Position numbers and translations under genes: made by a program
Shown here: piece by piece, positions 19,075 to 27,676 of the stretch
Numbering within the stretch: position 1 is the stretch's first letter
How the letters are laid out: each line of letters starts with the position of its first letter
Virus record (IMG/VR): IMGVR_UViG_3300012956_000023
Span: 3,493-67,492 of that record
Reading direction: 5' to 3' (one strand)
DNA from: a virus
Taxonomy: Duplodnaviria; Caudoviricetes
DNA length: 64,000 nt
Notes under the pieces: generated by a model
Database searches by the model: none
What the model was told of the DNA's origin: nothing
The model's input: only the letters and a program-made list of their open reading frames with translations

Positions 19075-19557
19075 GTGATGAAGAAGTTAATTGCTGGATT
19101 ATTAATAGGTACAATCTTAAGTGCATTTGTACTTACAGTTACGGGATATATTGATCTCCGTAATGCTACTGCTCAAGCTAGAAGTTCTATCATTGAGTTA
19201 GGTAGTTTAATTGCTGGGGAAGATATCGTTAATGATGTCTTAAGAACCGAGGAACGCTACCTGACCATCCCCATCGGCGGCACGGACGCCATGGTTGCAG
19301 CGGACCAGCTGTACAAGTCAGGACCTGGCTATGTGCGGTCCATCACGTGCTACAGCGACGCCACCGCCACGGCGGGAACTATTGCTCTGCGCGACAATAC
19401 CGCAGCGGGCGCGGGGAACATTCTCTGGTCGTTCGATGTCCTGGCAATTGCCTACAACACGCCATTCACGGTGGATTTGCAGACACCCTTCTCTGTCGGG
19501 CTGTACCTCGATTTCACCACCACGGCAGATATGAAGTGCATGGTGAGGTGGCGATGA
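19075..19557 (+). CDS. hypothetical protein, chimeric in GC content
   Basis: N-terminal TM; composition jumps to GC-rich at ~19255. Confidence 0.6.
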   Translation: MMKKLIAGLLIGTILSAFVLTVTGYIDLRNATAQARSSIIELGSLIAGEDIVNDVLRTEERYLTIPIGGTDAMVAADQLYKSGPGYVRSITCYSDATATAGTIALRDNTAAGAGNILWSFDVLAIAYNTPFTVDLQTPFSVGLYLDFTTTADMKCMVRWR

Positions 19558-20900
19558 TGAACCGACGCGACATCTGCAAATTAGCGGGCAAGGTGGGCCT
19601 GGTGGCATTGGCCGCGCAGGTGCCGTGGTCCTGGCTGGAGCGGGCTGGGCTGCTGGGTGAGGCGCTGTCTGAGGCCGCTGCCTTGCCGCAAAACTATCGC
19701 GTGACGACCGGCGCGATTCTGGCCGATACGCAGCTGGGGCTGTCTGGGATCACGGGGCATCAGGTGCATTCCGGTGACGCGACGTGGAGCGTCTCGAACG
19801 AAACCGGCGCGGAGTGGCTGCGCCCCCTCGGTGTGACCAATGTGTTTAAGGCGCAAGTCACGCAGGCTGGAACAGGCACGTCGCAGTATCGCTTTGATTT
19901 CACTATCAGCCGTGCGCTGGCAGACATTTATCAGTTCCACTGGCCGATTTATTACACGGGCGGCGGGTCACCGTCTGTCCTCTTCTATGTGGCGAAAGAA
20001 GCAGGCTTTACAAATTTTTACACCTACGATTTTGCCAGTGCTGGGCTGGTGTCTGATCGGTGGACTTATAATACCCATGTACGCTCAGCACCTGGGGCGA
20101 CGACTGGCTCCCCTGCTTATAGCGACACCTTTGTTCGGGTGCGGATGCGCATTTCGATCCCGGCTGGGCAAACCGGCACCTTCTACATCGGCCCCATCTG
20201 TTATGGCTGGTACAGTAAGCCACAGATCGTCTTTACCTTCGATGACGGCGACGAAACCTACTACACCGAAGCCTTTGCCTACATGCGGCCACGCGGCATT
20301 CCTGGTTCGGTGGCGTTGAATCGCGAAGGGAGCGGCACCCCATTGTCTGTGGCGCAGGTTCAGGAAATGATCGAGGCGGGGTGGTCGTTCCATAACCACA
20401 GCGACACACACCAAGATCTGGCCACGCTGAACGAGGCGCAAATCGTCTCGCAGGTTCAGGGGGCGATTGATTATTGGGCAGGCCAAGGTATTACGCTCGA
20501 TCCGCACACGTTCATTCTTCCCTACGGGTCCCGCAATGCGTTAGTCGATACGGTGCTGGCTCGATACTACCGCTACGTCATGCTCGAAACTACAGGCGCT
20601 TCGTTCCCGATCTGGGATGGGGTGCAGAACCCGTATAAAATCTTCCGCCAAGTCATCGATGTTCCCACGTCCACGGCAACGACCCTCGGGGCGCTCAACA
20701 CCGCGCAGGCGCGTGGGAACGCACTTATTTATTTCGGTCACAAACTCGCGACGGGTGCGGGCAACGGACATACGGAAATAGCCAATTTCAAAACGCTGGT
20801 CGATGAGGTGTACCGGCGCAAGGAAGCGAACAGTATCCAGGTACGGAACCTGGCTGATCTATTTACTGGACTGACCAATCCGCGACAGGTCCGCCGATGA
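19554..20900 (+). CDS. Tat-signal polysaccharide deacetylase (NodB/CE4)
   Basis: NRRDICK twin-arginine leader; FTFDDG, HNHSDTH, LPYG, YFGH; ATG overlaps upstream TGA. Confidence 0.82.
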   Translation: MMNRRDICKLAGKVGLVALAAQVPWSWLERAGLLGEALSEAAALPQNYRVTTGAILADTQLGLSGITGHQVHSGDATWSVSNETGAEWLRPLGVTNVFKAQVTQAGTGTSQYRFDFTISRALADIYQFHWPIYYTGGGSPSVLFYVAKEAGFTNFYTYDFASAGLVSDRWTYNTHVRSAPGATTGSPAYSDTFVRVRMRISIPAGQTGTFYIGPICYGWYSKPQIVFTFDDGDETYYTEAFAYMRPRGIPGSVALNREGSGTPLSVAQVQEMIEAGWSFHNHSDTHQDLATLNEAQIVSQVQGAIDYWAGQGITLDPHTFILPYGSRNALVDTVLARYYRYVMLETTGASFPIWDGVQNPYKIFRQVIDVPTSTATTLGALNTAQARGNALIYFGHKLATGAGNGHTEIANFKTLVDEVYRRKEANSIQVRNLADLFTGLTNPRQVRR

Positions 20901-20939
20901 CCCGCACGTGCTGCCCGTCTTTTCGGGAGGGCTCGCCTC

Positions 20940-21158
20940 AACGGGTTTGGGTCGTTCCCGGTGTGGATGGCCAATACGATAGACCTCACCTGGATTTTTA
21001 AGGTTGGGACGAATGACGCCAATACCACGATTCGGGCAGGACTTACCAATAACTGGGCGGGTAATCCCGCGACAGACGGGATCTATCTAGAGAAAGCGGA
21101 AAGGAGCGTCATTGAATGCGACACGTATGCGCCGCACTCGCCATCTGGTTCACGATGA
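20940..21158 (+). pseudogene. probable gene remnant
   Basis: protein-like frame WIFKVGTNDANTTIRAGLTNNWAGNPATDGIYLEK without a convincing start. Confidence 0.35.
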
Positions 21159-22660
21159 TTTCTACACTCTTTGCGGCGGGGACTGAACCCTATGAGGTGT
21201 TCTACGCCAGAGACAAGAACGAGTGCATGTTTAATGGGAACGGGCGTGCGTATGAGTGTGCTCAAGGGCACGGACAACTGGGCGCGTGGTCTGGGCTTGG
21301 GTCTCCATCTGGGACCACTACGCCCGGTATCGATACCGTTGGGGTCATTGACGGAGGCGATACGCTCAAGCTCTGCGGGCATTTTCTGTATAACTCACGC
21401 GCCTACAACGGGCAAATGATGTCCCCCGGGGTGTGGTTACGTGGAGTGGAAGGTAAGCCTGTCACGATCACGGGGGACTGTAGCGATGTTGGACGCGCAG
21501 ATGAGGGCATCATTGACGGGGAACTGTTGGAAGCGCGTGGCATTGACATCCTGGGCGATTACGTCACCGTGCGAAACCTCACGCTCACAAACTTGAAGGA
21601 TACGGGCATCTCGTCAAATTTTGCAAAGGATACGGTGGGCGGGCATTTTCTGAATCTGAAGATCAAAAATATTGGGGCGCCTCCTGGTACCTCACGGACC
21701 TGCATCGAACTCAATGGCAGCGCTGTGATTGAGTCGGTCGAACTGACGAACTGCGGAGGCGATGGGATCTTTCTCGGCAATGGGGCGACTGGCAATTATG
21801 ATGTCACGATTCGTGATGTCCATATGCACGGTATTTCTTCACAATTAAGTAGTGGGGATGGCGTGCAGATGGAGCCTGGTGGCGGATCTCTCACGTTGCA
21901 ACGTGTCAAAGTCTGGAAGTCTGGCAATGATAAAGCCTGTTTTCTCGTGGGTGGCGGGAAGGGCGCAATCAAAATTGATGACATTGAATGTGCGGCAGAG
22001 CCAGGGGGCGGGCCCTTTGGTGGCGTGACGTTTGAGGGGGCGCAAGGTGGTAGCTACATTCATGGCGCGTATATCCATGACATCCCAGGCGGCACGGGGC
22101 TGTATCTCAGGGACACGATTTCCGCGCATACCGGCACGCTGGATATCACCGGCAATGTCATTGCCAACGTTTCAACGTTGGTGCTTCTCGGTGGGGCGCA
22201 TCCTCTTGCGGATATTCGATTTCACCAAAATACACTACGTGGCGGGTCGGCCTACGGGATCAGGACAGGTTCCAATTGGAATCCTGGCCTGTTGTCAGTC
22301 CGCAACAACATCATCCAGTCAAGTGGTTACAATCTCTATGTCGAGGGCACACCCCTGCATGCCGCGAGTGATTGGGACAGTAACTTCAACCTGTGGTTCG
22401 GGACAGGATCGTTTCACTACCTCGGCACCAACTACGCCTCATTGCCGCTCTACGCCTTAGCCTCTGGGGATGAATCGTCCTCAAGATATGCCGATCCGAT
22501 GTTCCTTGGCCCAGCCGATGCACGCGTCAGCAGTGCCTCACTCGCACGATGGGCCGGTGTGTTGTGGGGGATGGAGTGTAAGGATTTTAGAGGGTTTGCG
22601 TGCCGCCTGCCTCCTGACATTGGCGCGTATCAATTCGTGCTGAGTGATGCGGCAGAGTAA
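21116..22660 (+). CDS. secreted right-handed beta-helix (pectin-lyase-like) protein
   Basis: Sec signal; Gly/Asn-rich parallel beta-helix repeats; DP.F and PDIGAY C-terminal motifs. Confidence 0.75.
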   Translation: MRHVCAALAIWFTMISTLFAAGTEPYEVFYARDKNECMFNGNGRAYECAQGHGQLGAWSGLGSPSGTTTPGIDTVGVIDGGDTLKLCGHFLYNSRAYNGQMMSPGVWLRGVEGKPVTITGDCSDVGRADEGIIDGELLEARGIDILGDYVTVRNLTLTNLKDTGISSNFAKDTVGGHFLNLKIKNIGAPPGTSRTCIELNGSAVIESVELTNCGGDGIFLGNGATGNYDVTIRDVHMHGISSQLSSGDGVQMEPGGGSLTLQRVKVWKSGNDKACFLVGGGKGAIKIDDIECAAEPGGGPFGGVTFEGAQGGSYIHGAYIHDIPGGTGLYLRDTISAHTGTLDITGNVIANVSTLVLLGGAHPLADIRFHQNTLRGGSAYGIRTGSNWNPGLLSVRNNIIQSSGYNLYVEGTPLHAASDWDSNFNLWFGTGSFHYLGTNYASLPLYALASGDESSSRYADPMFLGPADARVSSASLARWAGVLWGMECKDFRGFACRLPPDIGAYQFVLSDAAE

Positions 22661-22907
22661 ATTGAGCAAACAAACGGAGGGCGCTATTACTCTTATCATC
22701 ATAATTTCTTTGCTCACTTCAATCTCCACGGCTCGTGGCCTTGGGGAAGATTTTATGAACCTCGAGTGGAGTTCCCCTCGACGTTCACCGCTGTGGGACG
22801 GATTCAAAACCACCGCCCCTAGTGGCCCCTTACCATGGGACGAGAATGCCCCCTGGTGGGTGACGATCAAAGCGAGACTGACGGATAAGCGGCGGACCGG
22901 CTAACTG

Positions 22908-23024
22908 GTGAATGAAGAATCTCTAAAGTATTATACTCCGGGAGTTAGATTAGTAGAAATTGATTATTCTCAAGTAGTTACAAATTCAGGAATGACCGTA
23001 GGAGCAGTCTTCAATGGCAAATAA
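22908..23024 (+). CDS. 38-aa peptide resembling the tail sheath N-terminal arm (not in ORF track)
   Basis: YYTPGVRLVEIDYSQVVTNSGMTVGAV aligns ungapped to sheath YSSPGAYPKETDLSQIVSGISNSIGAM. Confidence 0.6.
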   Translation: MNEESLKYYTPGVRLVEIDYSQVVTNSGMTVGAVFNGK

Positions 23025-23325
23025 TTTAACAGTTAATCCTCATGTTCTGGATACTGCTGGTACTATTTATGATGCTACTAAGCGAGTACGTATCTCCGGC
23101 GTAGTGTATGTAGGAGCTACTGCAGCTGGTCATCGTGCAGTATTAACTGATATTAATGATAAAGTAATTTATGACTTGATTGCTAACGGCCCTGATCCGG
23201 TAGTTCCTATAGGAACATATCCTAACGGATTGAAATTAGCATCACTTAGTTCAGGTAAAGTGTATGTATATGTGACTGCGGTAGATGCAGTGGTACCTAC
23301 TGTACCTGTAAATCAATATTTCTAA
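23014..23325 (+). CDS. small beta-rich putative virion protein
   Basis: beta-strand pattern ending GKVYVYV. Confidence 0.55.
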   Translation: MANNLTVNPHVLDTAGTIYDATKRVRISGVVYVGATAAGHRAVLTDINDKVIYDLIANGPDPVVPIGTYPNGLKLASLSSGKVYVYVTAVDAVVPTVPVNQYF

Positions 23326-23332
23326 GGAAATT

Positions 23333-23650
23333 ATGAACTTATTTACTGTAGTGCTTTATGCAGCATTGGCATTTGAAGATCCTTCAGGAGAGTGTTACGT
23401 ACGAGGATATGTATTTCAGGAATCGTCAACTGAATATACGTTCTCACGTAGTGCTGATGATCAGTGTTGGATAAAGCATTCAGTAGCGGATAATAAGATA
23501 GTCCTCTTTCATAAATACCGATGGGTAATGATTGTATTCCCAGAGAATATCAAAGGACATGTGAATTTCTGGTATAAATGGGGGAATGATAAAGCCTATA
23601 TCGACACTCAACCTGTGAAGATTGAATGGGGGTATAGTCTACAAGGTTAG
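23333..23650 (+). CDS. hypothetical protein
   Basis: 105-aa ORF with RBS. Confidence 0.55.
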   Translation: MNLFTVVLYAALAFEDPSGECYVRGYVFQESSTEYTFSRSADDQCWIKHSVADNKIVLFHKYRWVMIVFPENIKGHVNFWYKWGNDKAYIDTQPVKIEWGYSLQG

Positions 23651-23657
23651 TATAATA
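23650..23657 (+). promoter_or_regulatory. GTATAATA candidate -10 element (representative copy)
   Basis: same 8-mer at 27792, 31460, 43414 and 55410, each 20-60 nt upstream of a start codon. Confidence 0.55.
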
Positions 23658-23711
23658 ACCAGTGGTTTCACTCCTTCATTCCGTTCATTCTTGAAGGAGG
23701 TAGGGAATAAA

Positions 23712-23924
23712 ATGTCTAAGTTAATTGTTGAAGAAGATTATCAGATACGGATGGATCCTTCTAGAATAATTCACCTCACTGCTCATAACGGTGAAAAGCA
23801 TCAGTTCCGTGATGGAGATAATTTCACTCGCCTCAGTGATTCTACTATGAGGTATCGTGGGAAGCATGTGTTCATGAGTCGAGAATTAATTGATCATTTA
23901 GTAAGTAATTCTAAGGAGGATTAG
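23712..23924 (+). CDS. MAKLI-family protein (paralog of 26168..26380)
   Basis: MSKLIVEE; true start inside the track ORF 23622. Confidence 0.8.
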   Translation: MSKLIVEEDYQIRMDPSRIIHLTAHNGEKHQFRDGDNFTRLSDSTMRYRGKHVFMSRELIDHLVSNSKED

Positions 23925-23928
23925 GATA

Positions 23929-24198
23929 ATGGCTAAGTTATTGATTGAAGCAACTGAATCAGGTAAGCATGAAAAAGTCTTAGCTCATCATGGATTTGTT
24001 CCTACCATTGCTGATGATAATGATCCTAGGATTCACGGTATTAGGTCATACGTTCATCCAAAGACTGGACATTATGTCCATCTTTATTCCAATGGTGAAT
24101 GGGTTCATCAGAAGGCAATAAATAGAGATGGAAATGAGAGTGATGGTTATGGTAATACTCATAATGATCTACATAATTATCTTTCCAAGCTAAAATGA
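23929..24198 (+). CDS. MAKLI-family His-rich protein
   Basis: MAKLLIE; VLAHHGF..YVHPKTG..V.L..NGEWVH. Confidence 0.8.
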   Translation: MAKLLIEATESGKHEKVLAHHGFVPTIADDNDPRIHGIRSYVHPKTGHYVHLYSNGEWVHQKAINRDGNESDGYGNTHNDLHNYLSKLK

Positions 24199-24407
24199 AA
24201 TACACTAACTGGCGAGGTAGAGTATTTGAGATTGATGATGCTTTCATAGCTAATATGAAGGCGAGATTAATTGAAGCTGGTATTGCTGAGCCTGGTGAAC
24301 TTGACTATTTGACTCCAGAAAAAGTATTAGAGATGCTTCCTACTATTGAGAGTATTCGACGCACTGAGCAGTTAGAGGAGATGTGGGGCGATGGCGAAAT
24401 TAATTGA
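24195..24407 (+). CDS. acidic hypothetical protein
   Basis: 70-aa ORF overlapping both neighbours. Confidence 0.6.
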   Translation: MKYTNWRGRVFEIDDAFIANMKARLIEAGIAEPGELDYLTPEKVLEMLPTIESIRRTEQLEEMWGDGEIN

Positions 24408-24624
24408 AGAAGTTATGAAGGATCTTCGTACTGTTCTTCATCTATTAGGATATCAAATGATTCACAAAAGTGAATTTCCTCACGAAGGAACTAAGATTTA
24501 TACTCATAAAAAGACTGGACAATTTGTAATTGTTCATTCTAACGGTCAATGGCATCATATTAACAGTTCTGGAATGCATAAGTCTGGAATGACTTCTGAT
24601 GCTCTTAAAGATTACTTAAAGTGA
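24391..24624 (+). CDS. MAKLI-family His-rich protein
   Basis: MAKLIEE; LLGY..YTHKKTG..V..SNGQWHH. Confidence 0.8.
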   Translation: MAKLIEEVMKDLRTVLHLLGYQMIHKSEFPHEGTKIYTHKKTGQFVIVHSNGQWHHINSSGMHKSGMTSDALKDYLK

Positions 24625-24635
24625 AGGGGTCTCTA

Positions 24636-24965
24636 ATGGCTAAGTTGATTCTAGAGACGTATCGTAATCCTGGTCCTCCATTACAGAAGTCGTACACTTC
24701 AGGATCTCAGCATGTCGATTCGTCTCCAGATAATACTGACCAATACCATACTGTACTAAAGGCTCATAAGTTTAAGTATAACGGTGATTATAGCTATAAG
24801 CATAAAGAACATCATGGTAGGAATGTGATTCTTGGTGGTAATGGTACGTGGTCTCATATACATAATCTCCAAACGGTACATGGGAAGACTCCTGAAGGCT
24901 TAACTAAATTTCTGAGTTCCTATGTTCCTAATACTCGACCTGAACTTGAATATCATTTTGAATAA
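24636..24965 (+). CDS. MAKLI-family protein
   Basis: MAKLILE; VLKAHKF..Y.HKEH..GNGTWSH. Confidence 0.8.
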   Translation: MAKLILETYRNPGPPLQKSYTSGSQHVDSSPDNTDQYHTVLKAHKFKYNGDYSYKHKEHHGRNVILGGNGTWSHIHNLQTVHGKTPEGLTKFLSSYVPNTRPELEYHFE

Positions 24966-24974
24966 GGGTAAATA

Positions 24975-25205
24975 ATGGCTAAGTTAATTACAAAAGAAGA
25001 GCATTCTGGTATTGGAACGTATCGACAGCAGTTGGATTCTCCGAAGCCTACTGACTCTGAGCATTTGAAGAACATGCACTTCGATGTAGCTCATGCAGTA
25101 GCTCATTTAGAGAAAAACGGACCGAAGGACCATCCTACTGTACAATATGCACTTACGTTTCTTAAGAATGCATTGATGTTTCATAAGGATAACGGTAATG
25201 GCTAA
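24975..25205 (+). CDS. MAKLI-family protein
   Basis: MAKLITKEE. Confidence 0.75.
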   Translation: MAKLITKEEHSGIGTYRQQLDSPKPTDSEHLKNMHFDVAHAVAHLEKNGPKDHPTVQYALTFLKNALMFHKDNGNG

Positions 25206-25479
25206 GTTGATTTTACAAGAAGATAGCCCAGGAATGGATATGGGTCGTCATCTCAAACTTAAAAGCTTTGGGTATATTCATGATCCTGGAGTGAGCGATG
25301 AGAAATTAGATGTATTTCGTCATCCCTCTGGTAAGGTTGTAGGTATTGTTCATGATAAACATGGAAGTGGGTTCTTCCATACTAATAATGAAGATGAAGC
25401 ATGGAACGATCCTCCAATTAAGTCTATGGACCATCTGCATAGCAGTTTAGAGAAGCATCATGGGGTAAATAATGGCTAA
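25198..25479 (+). CDS. MAKLI-family protein
   Basis: MAKLILQE; LKSFGY..FRHPSG. Confidence 0.8.
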   Translation: MAKLILQEDSPGMDMGRHLKLKSFGYIHDPGVSDEKLDVFRHPSGKVVGIVHDKHGSGFFHTNNEDEAWNDPPIKSMDHLHSSLEKHHGVNNG

Positions 25480-25939
25480 GTTAATCATACAAGAGAAATT
25501 GATCTTGGCTAATCCCAAAGTAAAGGATAGTCAGGCAGATAAGTTTCGGGCTATGGCATTACCTGGAGCTGATGAGCATTATCGTAGTTCAGTACAGTAT
25601 GCATATAAGAACATGGATACTCGTCTGTATAAATCTACCAAGGGGGGTGGATTTCATGATAAAGTAAAAGCTTCAGCTAAGCGTCATATCCTAGATAAAT
25701 TTGCTGATCATGGAATTACTCCAAATCATGCCCATATTGATCGTGAGCTAGATAAAGCTATGGCTCATTGGAACAAGACACAGAAGGGCTTGAAGATGAA
25801 GGGTGTGACTGAAGCTTCTGAAAAGAAATGTGTTGCTTGTGGTCATAAAGTAAAGTCTGATAAAGTACTACCTAATATGGGCCATTGTCCAAAGACCTAT
25901 GATGGTAAGCATGTATGGGAGAAATCATCGAATGGCTAA
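25472..25939 (+). CDS. MAKLI-family protein with C-terminal Cys/His cluster
   Basis: MAKLIIQE; CVAC..HCP. Confidence 0.75.
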   Translation: MAKLIIQEKLILANPKVKDSQADKFRAMALPGADEHYRSSVQYAYKNMDTRLYKSTKGGGFHDKVKASAKRHILDKFADHGITPNHAHIDRELDKAMAHWNKTQKGLKMKGVTEASEKKCVACGHKVKSDKVLPNMGHCPKTYDGKHVWEKSSNG

Positions 25940-26165
25940 GCTAGTCATAGAAAGTAATCCATATCTTAAGATCTTATCTAAGCATGGATATAAGAAAACT
26001 CCACGTAAAGATCTTGATGAGTATGAACATAAACAAAATCCACATAGTCTTGTGTATTTAACTGGTCATAATTATTGGATGCATGATCATAATGATGCTA
26101 CTATAGGACATGGCTATGAGGCATCTGGTTTAGATAACTATTTAAAGAATTTTCACAAGAAATAA
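25932..26165 (+). CDS. MAKLI-family protein
   Basis: MAKLVIE; ILSKHGY..YEHKQ..WMH. Confidence 0.8.
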   Translation: MAKLVIESNPYLKILSKHGYKKTPRKDLDEYEHKQNPHSLVYLTGHNYWMHDHNDATIGHGYEASGLDNYLKNFHKK

Positions 26166-26167
26166 TT

Positions 26168-26380
26168 ATGCCTAGGCTTCTAGTAGAACAAGATTATCAA
26201 TTAGCTATGCATCCCGATCGAGTTCTACGATTGAAAGCTCATAACGGTGAACATCATGAGTTTCGTGACGGGGATAATTTTACTCGCTTAAGTGATTCCA
26301 CGTTACGTTATAGAGATAAGCATGTGTTCATGAATAAAGACTTAATTGATCACTTAGTAAATCATTCGAAGAAGGATTAA
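26168..26380 (+). CDS. MAKLI-family protein (paralog of 23712..23924)
   Basis: MPRLLVE; 48/70 identical to 23712 by manual alignment. Confidence 0.8.
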   Translation: MPRLLVEQDYQLAMHPDRVLRLKAHNGEHHEFRDGDNFTRLSDSTLRYRDKHVFMNKDLIDHLVNHSKKD

Positions 26381-26386
26381 TTCTCA

Positions 26387-26626
26387 ATGCCTAAGTTAAT
26401 TATAGAAAATTCAGAAGAGACTTACAACAAGATTGTAAGTAAATATGGATATTCTAAACATAGTTCTAGTCAAGTTCTTGGTGGTAATGCGTTTCATTAT
26501 AAACATCCAGATAACCATAAGTTATGGTTCACTCCATCTGGATGGGTACATAGTTTTAATCAGAAGCAGTATAATGGAAAGTCGCTGAGCGATCTCCGTT
26601 CTCATCTCGCTAAAGTTCATCAGTAA
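26387..26626 (+). CDS. MAKLI-family protein
   Basis: MPKLIIE; SKYGY..YKHPD..GWVH. Confidence 0.8.
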   Translation: MPKLIIENSEETYNKIVSKYGYSKHSSSQVLGGNAFHYKHPDNHKLWFTPSGWVHSFNQKQYNGKSLSDLRSHLAKVHQ

Positions 26627-26653
26627 CATTCACTCTCACATAGGGGTTATATA

Positions 26654-27052
26654 ATGACGAAGTATCTTTCGTTAGTTTTACTGGGCCTTGTATTTATCGC
26701 AGGTTGTGCGAAGAACTCTATCACTGTTGGTGAACATCATGCTGATCTTGGTGAAGCGAAATCTGCACTTGGGTCCACGCTTACTTTCATAGTCCCATGT
26801 TCTGAAGCTGAAGCATCAGAGAATGAGGGGAAGTGTAAGTATAAAGAAGGACGTGAGATGGTGATCATTCCGTCTTCTAGTGTAGTAAGTCAAACTGTGG
26901 CTCCAGCTGTAGGTCCAGCAATTATGGGTACTGCTGGATATTTTGGAGCTCGTGAGATTCGTAAGGGTCTTGAGAATCAACCTGCTGATGCAGTAAATCA
27001 ATCAAATACTGCAGTTCAAAGTAATTCGTCTCAACCACGTCGTCATAGGTAA
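26654..27052 (+). CDS. lipoprotein
   Basis: lipobox FIAG-C after hydrophobic leader. Confidence 0.65.
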   Translation: MTKYLSLVLLGLVFIAGCAKNSITVGEHHADLGEAKSALGSTLTFIVPCSEAEASENEGKCKYKEGREMVIIPSSSVVSQTVAPAVGPAIMGTAGYFGAREIRKGLENQPADAVNQSNTAVQSNSSQPRRHR

Positions 27053-27054
27053 TT

Positions 27055-27387
27055 ATGCAATTCTTAGCTGATTTAGGATCAAGTGTTATAGGTACAATAT
27101 TTGGAGCATATTCTAAGTTTCGTGAGAAATTCTTTACTAGGAAACGTATAGTTTATGAAGTTCGATATAATCTCGCATTAGGCCGGTGGATTAGTTATCG
27201 TCGAGATAAGCCTACGAATGTGATTATTAGTACAGCTACAAAAACTCACTGTATTGAACAGATGAGGTCTATTTGTAGACAGAATGAGATCTTAGGTATG
27301 TATTGTCAGATGATTATTCATGGACGTGACGGGAAAATTCAAACTGAGTTTACCTACGGTAATGATAATCGTAAGGTAAAAGGATAA
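27055..27387 (+). CDS. DUF2188-like protein
   Basis: IIHGRDGKIQTEFTYGND. Confidence 0.7.
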   Translation: MQFLADLGSSVIGTIFGAYSKFREKFFTRKRIVYEVRYNLALGRWISYRRDKPTNVIISTATKTHCIEQMRSICRQNEILGMYCQMIIHGRDGKIQTEFTYGNDNRKVKG

Positions 27388-27393
27388 TTGCAT

Positions 27394-27555
27394 ATGGCTA
27401 AACTCATTCTAAATGAAGGTCTTGGTAGTATGGCACAGAACCAATACTACAAAGATAAAGAGAACGAAGATTTGAACAAGAGTAAAGTGAATAAGAAGAA
27501 AGATAAATTCTTCAAGAAGTTCAGTTTCCCAAGCCTCTCTAAACGTTCAAAATAG
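27394..27555 (+). CDS. MAKLI-family Lys-rich 53-aa protein (not in ORF track)
   Basis: MAKLILNEGLGSM...KKKDKFFKKF. Confidence 0.75.
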   Translation: MAKLILNEGLGSMAQNQYYKDKENEDLNKSKVNKKKDKFFKKFSFPSLSKRSK

Positions 27556-27676
27556 TTTCCCTTACCCCTGTCCCCAAAACATCGACGGACGCAAATCAAG
27601 TTGCGTACCGACGCTAGTTTAGACTAAATCCCACGTGGTTGGCGTGGCGTTGAGTAACACCCAACAAGGATATACT

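Larger units (their letters stand above)
19255..22905. other. GC-rich acquired island
   Basis: roughly 55-60% GC by eye versus ~35% in flanks; G/C-ending codons. Confidence 0.85.

Noticed and set aside
19318-22870. Many overlapping ORFs inside the GC-rich island, including the 19347 upstream extension
   Set aside because: High GC reduces stop frequency; the deacetylase start is better placed at 19554 with its Tat leader
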